Source: Thermoproteota archaeon (GTDB lineage Archaea; Thermoproteota; Thermoprotei_A; Sulfolobales; Ignisphaeraceae). From it: 64,000 nt of DNA. Shown here piece after piece: positions 18,578 to 26,359 of this stretch (the stretch's first letter is position 1; each line of letters opens with the position of its first letter). The notes beneath the pieces were generated by a model, which searched no databases, was not told the origin of the DNA, and saw only the letters and a program-made list of their open reading frames with translations. A program made the position numbers and the translations under genes. The stretch is taken from contig JAUQPB010000001.1 in the NCBI GenBank assembly GCA_030550585.1, positions 608,001 to 672,000 of the forward strand, written 5' to 3'.

Positions 18578-19506
18578 GGTCTCATCCTAGACACTATAAC
18601 ATCTGATAGAACAACTATGGATGTAGATGCTATGGGGACTAGAAGAAGTGTTGTCAGGATCATAAGAGCGTCAAACGACAGCCAGCTGATTGGATATAGC
18701 AGCAGGAGTGCAGCTATAGACCCAACGAGCACTGGTATTAATAGTGCTACCGCGACATACACCTCCATATACACATTCAGAGTCTCCACAGACTTTTCAA
18801 TCCTAATGCTGTATCTGCTTACATACCTCTCTAGAAGACTTGACAAAACATTTGTGATTCCGCCCCCAATGGCTATTGCTGAGGCTAGCGAGGAAAAAAG
18901 CTCTCTTAGAGTCTGGGATGGGGTTATATTAGAAACCCTCTTTAGAGCTTCATCAACTGGAACACCTGCTCTAATAAGCGATGTTGCCAGGTCTATCTCT
19001 ATGAAGAAGAATTTGAAGTCTTTCCCCAAAACAATTGGAAGAGCCTCCAGATTTTTGTATATGCTCTGTCCAGAGGCGCCTAGCAGAGAAAGTGCCAGCA
19101 GGAGCTGTAATGCTTTGGACTCTAGAACCTCCCCCCTATTCCTATAGAGAATAACTGGAATAGAGATGGCTAATGCCATTGCAATAGGCAACACAATTAG
19201 AAGTGGCGCTACAAGAGCTAGTAATGCTATGACCAGAGGCGGGGCAGATAGATGCAGGGCTAGCAACGTTGATGCTATGGAGGAGAATAACAGTGCTGGT
19301 AATAGAGCCATCGAGACCTTTTCAACATACTTTCTATAGCTTGTTGCAACCCCCGATCCAATCACTATAGTCTCCAAATCGATCTTGAAGGACTTTAGAA
19401 ACAATGCAACGAATTTTTCAAATGGAGTTACAAGAACCTGTAAAACGCTATATAGTTTTCTTCTCAGCCTCCTCAACAAACTTGAATCTATATGGCTCTC
19501 CAACAA
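18574..19506 (-). CDS. Type IV pilus membrane platform protein (TadB/TadC family)
   Basis: GVPVDEALKRVSNITPSQTLRELFSSL and ETLNVYMEVY motifs, TM helices. Confidence 0.8.
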   Translation of the reverse strand: MLESHIDSSLLRRLRRKLYSVLQVLVTPFEKFVALFLKSFKIDLETIVIGSGVATSYRKYVEKVSMALLPALLFSSIASTLLALHLSAPPLVIALLALVAPLLIVLPIAMALAISIPVILYRNRGEVLESKALQLLLALSLLGASGQSIYKNLEALPIVLGKDFKFFFIEIDLATSLIRAGVPVDEALKRVSNITPSQTLRELFSSLASAIAIGGGITNVLSSLLERYVSRYSIRIEKSVETLNVYMEVYVAVALLIPVLVGSIAALLLLYPISWLSFDALMILTTLLLVPIASTSIVVLSDVIVSRMRP

Positions 19507-21010
19507 ATTTCACAGCCTCTAGATATACTGCCACAGGATCTCTCCTATATCTTCTCACCAAACTATGAAGCTGAATAACGTCCATACCCTTCTTAACTGC
19601 ATAGAGAAGCAGAGTCGCTCTTCTAACCAGATCCTCTAAAACATCCTCATAACCTATCAAAAGAAGCTGTGAGATATCCTTCAATAGCCTGCTCTCAGAT
19701 AAGTTAAAGAGCCAGGAATCGGATTCCCTATCCCATCTACACAAAAGCTTTACAGTAATCCTATTTGTTGTTGGATCATAGTCCCAGATCTCATGAATAT
19801 ATGTAACCTTTCTCACAATGTTAGCCCTATGCAAAAGCCTTTGAACTTGCACAAAAAGTTTTGCGGATGCTATAAGAGATACCGGCACATTCATTGGTGG
19901 CGAGGAGAGCCTCCTAATCAGAGACTCTACACTTTCTGCATGAATTGTTGTCAGCCCTCCATGACCTGTTGAAACAGCTTGGAAGAAGCTGTAGGCCTCT
20001 CTAGACCTTATCTCACCAAGTATTAGAACATCTGGTCTCTGCCTCATAGCAGCCTCGACCTGCGCCTGGAGAGTAACGTTCTGGATGTTTGGATCGCTAC
20101 TCAGTCTAGTTACCATGGATGTCCAGTTCTCGTGGAATGGCAGTCTAATCTCTTGGGTATCCTCTGCAGAGACTATCTTCAGTTCAGATGGTAGTAGCAT
20201 TGCAACAGCATTCAATACTGTTGTCTTGCCGGAGCCCGTCGGCCCATAGAATACTATCCCCTGTTTACTTTCAGCTGCCAGCCACATCAACGAGGCCACG
20301 CCAGGGTCTAGCATGCCACTGCTTATTAGCTCGACTATTGAGAAGGGGTTCTCTCTATACTTTCTAATAGTAAAGCTGTGACCATGTGTAGAAACTGTAT
20401 CGAGAACTATGTGCACCCTATAGCCCTCCGGCCTCAGAATGCCCTCCACAACTGGCTGTGCAATAGAAGCCTCTCTATCAGCTCTATAGGCAAGCTTCTT
20501 CACAATAGAGTTGAGCCTTTCAGAAGGCAGAGCAACATTTGTTTCCAGCCACTCATATCTCCTATGAAAAACATGAATAGGCCTGTCAACACCATCACAT
20601 GTTATATCCTCTATCTCAGGATCTCTAATGAACGGATCTACCTCTCCATAACCAACAAAATCCCTGAGAACATAGTAAACAACTCTGTCGAAGGAGCTCT
20701 TCGACTCCTCACATCTTCTTCTACCAAAAAACTTTCTACACAGGTTATACACCACATCACTTACATATTCATAGCCGTCATCAAAACCATTAAAACTTGA
20801 AAGCCTCTTCAACATCTCAACATCGCTAAAAATAGCCTCAACAACCCTCCTCTTAAGTTCTTCAAGAAAAAAAGTTAGCTCGGGTTCCCTAACAAAATAC
20901 CTCAGTTTGCCATCCAAACCCTTGACAATTGATATCTCGACCATTTCGCGAAAACCAACTCTATAACCTTCTACAACTTCATAGCCCTTATCGATAAGCA
21001 TGAACACCAC
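19448..21010 (-). CDS. Type IV pilus / secretion-superfamily assembly ATPase (AapE/ArlI-like)
   Basis: DPEIEDITCDG, SFTIRKY, Walker A GPTGSGKTT, AEDTQE, RQRPDVLILGEIR, TGHGGLTTIHA. Confidence 0.92.
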   Translation of the reverse strand: MVFMLIDKGYEVVEGYRVGFREMVEISIVKGLDGKLRYFVREPELTFFLEELKRRVVEAIFSDVEMLKRLSSFNGFDDGYEYVSDVVYNLCRKFFGRRRCEESKSSFDRVVYYVLRDFVGYGEVDPFIRDPEIEDITCDGVDRPIHVFHRRYEWLETNVALPSERLNSIVKKLAYRADREASIAQPVVEGILRPEGYRVHIVLDTVSTHGHSFTIRKYRENPFSIVELISSGMLDPGVASLMWLAAESKQGIVFYGPTGSGKTTVLNAVAMLLPSELKIVSAEDTQEIRLPFHENWTSMVTRLSSDPNIQNVTLQAQVEAAMRQRPDVLILGEIRSREAYSFFQAVSTGHGGLTTIHAESVESLIRRLSSPPMNVPVSLIASAKLFVQVQRLLHRANIVRKVTYIHEIWDYDPTTNRITVKLLCRWDRESDSWLFNLSESRLLKDISQLLLIGYEDVLEDLVRRATLLLYAVKKGMDVIQLHSLVRRYRRDPVAVYLEAVKFVGEPYRFKFVEEAEKKTI

Positions 21011-21084
21011 TACAGCTCTGTGGTATTGGCACCAAATATTCTGTAGTATGGTTCTAAAAATAGTTATATATTTTGTTTTAGCTA

Positions 21085-21537
21085 TTACGATGAGTAGACG
21101 AATATATATTCGCTTTCCACACCATTGGATGTGACAAGCTTTAGGCGGTAGCTAAAGCCTGGGGATAGGGATGTTTTTGAAATGTCTATCTGTATTTTAT
21201 CTAGTTGCCCAGGCTGGATGGTCTTTCCAGTTATCTCTGAAGCGTTTATTACATTCCCACTTATGTCTAAAATATATGCAGATGCTATCTGAATGGGTAC
21301 ATCGCCAATGTTTCTAACATATGCTGTTATCTGTATCTGCTGTGCGGTCGTGTTCACACTTACAGCTTCTATCTTTATCCTTTCTCTGAGGGTCTGGCTC
21401 TGTGTTGCTGGTGCTGAGGATGTGAAGGTGGATACCCATAGCCAGAGTAAGACGCCTGCTGAAACAGCTATCAGTATCAGTATTATGGTTGCTATTATTG
21501 GAGACACACCTTTTGAGCTGTGTTTAGCGAAATACAT
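21085..21537 (-). CDS. Archaeal type IV pilin, probable major pilin (start likely ATG 21537; ORF track extends to 21564)
   Basis: Class III signal KG|VSPIIATIILILIAV; ERIKIEAV...YVRNIG pilin core; GGTGG SD before ATG 21537. Confidence 0.85.
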   Translation of the reverse strand: MYFAKHSSKGVSPIIATIILILIAVSAGVLLWLWVSTFTSSAPATQSQTLRERIKIEAVSVNTTAQQIQITAYVRNIGDVPIQIASAYILDISGNVINASEITGKTIQPGQLDKIQIDISKTSLSPGFSYRLKLVTSNGVESEYIFVYSS

Positions 21538-21569
21538 TTTCCCACCATAGTGTAGCATAGCCATTTAGA

Positions 21570-21598
21570 TTTATAAACATCGTTTTGGTAGGCGACCA
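21570..21598 (-). promoter_or_regulatory. Pilin promoter: TATA TTTATAAA (21570-21577) plus upstream motif TGGTCGCCT (21590-21598)
   Basis: The identical 9-mer lies at the same 12-nt distance from the TATA-like box of arlB. Confidence 0.55.
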
Positions 21599-21685
21599 GC
21601 CGACGAACGTGTTCTCTTCACATATTGAAAATGTGCCCCAACTTAAAATCCATATTCTTTTTAACCTTTCTACAGATTCTATAGC

Positions 21686-22135
21686 TTGGGATCCTGCTTG
21701 CGTGGTGTTAGCGAGTATGTGGCTACGGTAATAGTTGCTATAATAACTATGGCTGCTGGGATACTGGTATTCATTCACAGCTACTACATTGCGAACTCCT
21801 ATTACGACACACTTTCAAAGGCTTTTGAAGAGTCTTTGAAAAGCTCTTCTATGACAATCCTAGCCTCTTACATTTCTAACCAAAAACTTGTTGTAATAGC
21901 CTCCACAGGCTCTATGCCCATACAGATATACTCTATCTATGTCAATGAGAGCTTGGCTAACTGCGTTATAGCATTCAATAACACTGCAAAGCCATTAACA
22001 TATTCAAACCCTGTTGGCGTGTCTTACTACACAGCCTTTGTAGCCATGTGCAACGTTGGAAATGCAAGCTATGCAAATGTGAAAATAGTTTTCGATGGGG
22101 GTACAGAATATGCAAAAGCCCAGAAGATTGGTTAG
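21686..22135 (+). CDS. Minor type IV pilin
   Basis: Class III signal RG|VSEYVATVIVAII, helix, then beta-rich domain; divergent from the major pilin. Confidence 0.75.
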   Translation: MGSCLRGVSEYVATVIVAIITMAAGILVFIHSYYIANSYYDTLSKAFEESLKSSSMTILASYISNQKLVVIASTGSMPIQIYSIYVNESLANCVIAFNNTAKPLTYSNPVGVSYYTAFVAMCNVGNASYANVKIVFDGGTEYAKAQKIG

Positions 22136-23924
22136 AGGAATCTCAGCCGTTATAGGCACTGTAATTCTCATCGTCATAATGGTTCTATTCATAGCTCTCT
22201 ACATAGCATCTATAGAAAGATTTGGGGCACTAAGCCGAGAGGTGGCAAGCAGACTGAGCAATTTGCAAGAGTCTTCATCTACAATAAGAAATATCGATGC
22301 TAGCTGGAGCTACAACGGGACATACACAACCATTTTTATAGACAACCAAGCACCCAAAGCAATAGTCGTAGTATCCATTGCGATGGTGTACAAAGACGGT
22401 TCATACACAATAATATCGAGGCTAAACAAAACCATAAACGCATTCATATCGGTGAACAATGCATCATACAACCAACTGCAACTACCTCTCGCAATACCAC
22501 CAGCAACACAAGCAGTAATAGCCATAAAAACCAGCCGAGAACCAGCAGCGCTATCCCTAGCCATAGAAGCATCGCCCATAACAGCTATTATAATACCAAA
22601 GAAACCAGCCAGCATCAATACAACAACTGCTAGGCTAGAGCCGCAAGGAGGAAACGGAACAGTTATATGGATAGGAAGGGTGCAAGTCCCAGTAATAGCA
22701 ATAAAAAAAGGTATAACGATGCAACAGTATCCTATTAGTGGCAACAAAAGCAAGGAAGAGGTCCGTTTTAATGAATCAATTCTTTTTGGCAATGTATTGA
22801 AGGCCTACAAAATAAACATTACAACTACTATTAACACAAATATTTCTGTCAGCATAAATATCCTAATGAATGGTACAAACATTTCGAGCTATTGTAGTGT
22901 CTCTCAAAGCTTACCCTCTCAAAAGCCGCATCCTCAAGGATTAAAAGGCAACTTCACTATTGTGTGCTACTATCCTATCAATGGGGAACCTGTTCAACTA
23001 GTCAATATTACCATCGTTCTTCGGCGGTCCGAAGGAGGAGGAATGTTTGAATATAAAATTTATAACGTTTCTGAGTATGTCTTTGGATATGTTGGCTACT
23101 CTCTATTTGACTCTCTTATAGTGGGGCTTGGAGGCTCAACACAAATAGCTTTCTACAATCTCTCTTCTATCAGCCTAGGATCTCTACAACCTGTTTTCAA
23201 TACCAGCTCGTATTCATATTTTGATGGCTCTGTTGCCATAGCCTATGACTCTCAAAGCTATAGGCTCTACATGGTTAATAGAAGTGGTGTATTCTCCTGG
23301 GATTCTCTAGGATGGTCTTCTGTCACCTCTAGTTGTAGGTCTGTTGGTGTTGGCGCTGCCATCAATATTGTGGGTGATAGGATTGTTGTTTTTCCTGGTG
23401 GATACAGAAACTACATCTGTGTACTCGATTTATCAAGGGGTAGTGTAGCTAACGTGTCTTTGGATGGCTTTAAACTCTATGAATACACCTCATCAGCTGT
23501 CTATAGAGATTCCATAGTCTTTACAGCTCTGGATGGTAGTGGAGGTGTAAATGTATTGTTGTTCAATGTTACAACAGGTTATGTAAAACCATTGTGGAGG
23601 ATACCCATATACGCTATAGCTGGTGTTGCAGTAGATGGAAATAGCTCAAGGGTTTACATAGTGTCTGGCAACTCTTGGAGGTGCGCTAAACCACAGTGCA
23701 ACTCGTATCAATATATGAAGATTTTTGTTGGCTCGCTGGAAACAGGCTTTTTCAGCTATATGGATGTGCCTATGCAGTTTACTGTGCAAAGCGTGATTGG
23801 CTATGGTAATAGGGTGGGGATGTACAGAGACAAACTTCTTGTTGTAGACTATGGCACTGTTTTACTCATAGATCAGAAGGGTCTTGGACTAACAAGATAT
23901 GCAAATGCTTACCATGTTCAGTGA
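22095..23924 (+). CDS. Large pilin-like protein with a C-terminal beta-propeller-like domain (candidate adhesin; start possibly ATG 22110)
   Basis: Class III signal RG|ISAVIGTVILIVI; many N-x-S/T sequons; blade-like segments AIAYDSQSYRLYMV, GVAVDGNSSRVYIV, RDKLLVVD. Confidence 0.65.
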   Translation: MGVQNMQKPRRLVRGISAVIGTVILIVIMVLFIALYIASIERFGALSREVASRLSNLQESSSTIRNIDASWSYNGTYTTIFIDNQAPKAIVVVSIAMVYKDGSYTIISRLNKTINAFISVNNASYNQLQLPLAIPPATQAVIAIKTSREPAALSLAIEASPITAIIIPKKPASINTTTARLEPQGGNGTVIWIGRVQVPVIAIKKGITMQQYPISGNKSKEEVRFNESILFGNVLKAYKINITTTINTNISVSINILMNGTNISSYCSVSQSLPSQKPHPQGLKGNFTIVCYYPINGEPVQLVNITIVLRRSEGGGMFEYKIYNVSEYVFGYVGYSLFDSLIVGLGGSTQIAFYNLSSISLGSLQPVFNTSSYSYFDGSVAIAYDSQSYRLYMVNRSGVFSWDSLGWSSVTSSCRSVGVGAAINIVGDRIVVFPGGYRNYICVLDLSRGSVANVSLDGFKLYEYTSSAVYRDSIVFTALDGSGGVNVLLFNVTTGYVKPLWRIPIYAIAGVAVDGNSSRVYIVSGNSWRCAKPQCNSYQYMKIFVGSLETGFFSYMDVPMQFTVQSVIGYGNRVGMYRDKLLVVDYGTVLLIDQKGLGLTRYANAYHVQ

Positions 23925-24065
23925 CAATATCTAATGTTTTTCTAAAAGATTGTCCGATGTTTGTATTTATACATATTACTAATTTAAATGAGTATACTTG
24001 TATACAACATTATTTTCAGTCAGATATATATGTGAGAAAAGCCATAGGGGTTGTAGGGTAAGAAT

Positions 24066-25400
24066 ATGCCTAAAGAAGAGTTTGAGCCATATCATGCATG
24101 GGTTGACAAAAGCTATGTTCCAGACCCCAAGAAGGATGTCATTGTAACATTTAGGATTACTCCTGCAGAGGGCTTCTCTATAGAGGATGTTGCTGGGGGT
24201 GTTGCCGCTGAGAGCAGTACTGGTACCTGGACAACGCTATATGTCTGGTATGATCAGAACAGGTTGGAGAAGCTGAAGGGTAGGGCATACTTCTTTAAGG
24301 ATCTTGGCGATGGCAGCTGGCTTGTGAGGATAGCCTACCCAGCAGAATTATTTGAAGAGGGCAATATGCCAGGTTTCCTCGCTAGCGTTGCTGGCAACAT
24401 ATTCGGTATGAGGAGGGCTAAGTGGCTGAGAGTTGAGGATATTTACATGCCTCTAGACTTCGTCAAGTATTTCAAAGGGCCTATAAAAGGAGTGCGCGGA
24501 GTTAGAGATATATTCAAAGTCTATGATAGACCTATTGTCGGTACGGTTCCAAAGCCTAAGGTTGGCTATACAGCAGATGAGGTTGAGAAGCTAGCCTACG
24601 AAATACTGTCTGGTGGCATGGACTACATAAAAGATGATGAGAATCTTGTTAGCCCAAGCTACTGCAGGTTTGAGGCAAGGGCAAAGGCTATTATGAAGAT
24701 AATTGACAGAGTTGAGAAGGAGACTGGAGAGAGGAAGGTGTGGTTCGCAAATATAACAGCAGATGTTAGAGAAATGGAGAAGAGGCTAAAGCTTGTAGCA
24801 GACTATGGAAACCCATATATCATGGTAGACGTTGTTATAACTGGGTGGTCAGCTCTAACATACATAAGGGATAAGGCCGAGGAGTACGGGCTTGCAATAC
24901 ACGCTCACAGGGCAATGCATGCAGCGATGACTAGAAATCCATACCACGGAATATCGATGTTTACATTGGCAAAGCTGTTCAGGATAATAGGCGTTGACCA
25001 GCTACACATTGGAACGCCGGAAGTTGGGAAGCTAGAGGCGAAGACGATAGACGTTATTAGAAATGCTAAGGTGTTGAGAGAAAATCCATTCAAGCCAGAC
25101 CCAGATGACATATACCACCTAGAACAGGAATTTGGATCAATAAAGCCAGCAGTTCCAGTATCATCTGGCGGTCTACACCCAGGAACGTTGCCAGAGGTTG
25201 TTAGGGTGCTAGGCAAGGATCTTGTAATGCAGATTGGCGGCGGTACGATAGGCCATCCAGATGGGCCAAGAGCAGGAGCAGCTGCTGTTAGACAGGCTCT
25301 AGAAGCAATCTCAAAGGGCATTCCGCTAGAGGATTATGCAAGAGATCACAAAGAGCTTAGAAGAGCTTTGGAGAAGTGGGGAACTGTAAGACCCATATAA
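24066..25400 (+). CDS. rbcL: Ribulose-1,5-bisphosphate carboxylase, form III
   Basis: AAESSTGTW, GNIFG, KPKVG, GGMDYIKDDEN (K189), HAHRAMH, GKLE, SGGLHPG, GGGTIGHP; 444 aa; catalytic motifs intact, so not an RLP. Confidence 0.97.
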   Translation: MPKEEFEPYHAWVDKSYVPDPKKDVIVTFRITPAEGFSIEDVAGGVAAESSTGTWTTLYVWYDQNRLEKLKGRAYFFKDLGDGSWLVRIAYPAELFEEGNMPGFLASVAGNIFGMRRAKWLRVEDIYMPLDFVKYFKGPIKGVRGVRDIFKVYDRPIVGTVPKPKVGYTADEVEKLAYEILSGGMDYIKDDENLVSPSYCRFEARAKAIMKIIDRVEKETGERKVWFANITADVREMEKRLKLVADYGNPYIMVDVVITGWSALTYIRDKAEEYGLAIHAHRAMHAAMTRNPYHGISMFTLAKLFRIIGVDQLHIGTPEVGKLEAKTIDVIRNAKVLRENPFKPDPDDIYHLEQEFGSIKPAVPVSSGGLHPGTLPEVVRVLGKDLVMQIGGGTIGHPDGPRAGAAAVRQALEAISKGIPLEDYARDHKELRRALEKWGTVRPI

Positions 25401-25424
25401 ACAAAGATTTTTAATTTAAACCCA

Positions 25425-25434
25425 TTTCTTTTTT
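25425..25434 (+). terminator. Oligo-T tract after rbcL
   Basis: TTTCTTTTTT 25 nt after the stop. Confidence 0.4.
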
Positions 25435-25471
25435 ACCACAAATTCTCCTACCCATCCCAGGTGTTTCGCTA

Positions 25472-26236
25472 TTGAATAACGATGTTGAGAAGAAGCTGCT
25501 TGAATCTCTAAAAGGTGGCAGACCATCAGCAATATTTATCGATATAGATGGTGTTATGACAATCGAGAGAGGCTCTTATGTAATAGATTTGGAGCTTATA
25601 GAGCTTCTTAGAAAGGTTATGGAGTACAACATTCCAGTGTGTCTTGTTTCTGGAAACGCCTACCCAACTGTTTTAACGTTGCAGAGGTATCTAGGTCTTT
25701 CACCAATATTCATAGCTGAAAATGGCTGTGTGATACAGCTGTATAAAGAGTTCATAAAGATATGTAGAGAAAATCTCGATCCGCTTGTAGATGAAATAGA
25801 AAAGGAATTCCATTTGAGGAGATCGACAAGTAATTTATATAGGCTATGCGATAGAGCTTTTCACGTGCCAGATGATGTAAAATCCAATCCTAGCAAGGCC
25901 AGAGAACTGGAGAAGAATATTATGGAGAAATATCCAGGTATATACGCCTTGTACACAGGCTATGTGCTACACATATACCCAAGATACTGCAGCAAAAGCA
26001 ATGCAATAAGAATTGTTGCAGAGAAAATGGGGTTGGATCTAGAAAAAGCTATAGCAATCGGTGATAGCGTGACAGATGTGGACATGATTAAAGCCGTTGG
26101 GATAGGTGTTGCTGTTGGAGATGCAGATGAAGAGGCAAAGAGGGATGCAAAAATAGTTCTACCGTTCAAGGCATCCCAATCAACAAAATATTTGATTTCA
26201 ACTCTACTCAAACATATTTCACAAACTCGTGAATAG
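25472..26236 (+). CDS. Archaeal phosphoglycolate phosphatase (HAD IIB, SPP-like)
   Basis: IDIDGVMT, SGNA, IAENG, SKSNA, AIGDSVTD; typical of the TA0175-type PGPase family. Confidence 0.8.
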   Translation: MNNDVEKKLLESLKGGRPSAIFIDIDGVMTIERGSYVIDLELIELLRKVMEYNIPVCLVSGNAYPTVLTLQRYLGLSPIFIAENGCVIQLYKEFIKICRENLDPLVDEIEKEFHLRRSTSNLYRLCDRAFHVPDDVKSNPSKARELEKNIMEKYPGIYALYTGYVLHIYPRYCSKSNAIRIVAEKMGLDLEKAIAIGDSVTDVDMIKAVGIGVAVGDADEEAKRDAKIVLPFKASQSTKYLISTLLKHISQTRE

Positions 26237-26359
26237 AGCACAAAAAGGAATGCAAAGAAGCTGTGCTACCAATTTTTGTATTATATTCTCGAACCCTAGT
26301 ATTGTAATGAAAAATATAAAAATCTTTAAAAAGATCTTACCCTCATAGGTGATTGACTA

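Noticed and set aside
21011-21046. Hairpin CTACAG...CTGTAG between the pilin and ATPase genes
   Set aside because: Short, imperfect stem; could attenuate read-through but too weak to call.
24066-25400. RuBisCO-like protein (form IV) or Calvin-cycle autotrophy
   Set aside because: Catalytic motifs are those of a true form III enzyme; no PRK or small subunit is present, so autotrophy is unsupported.
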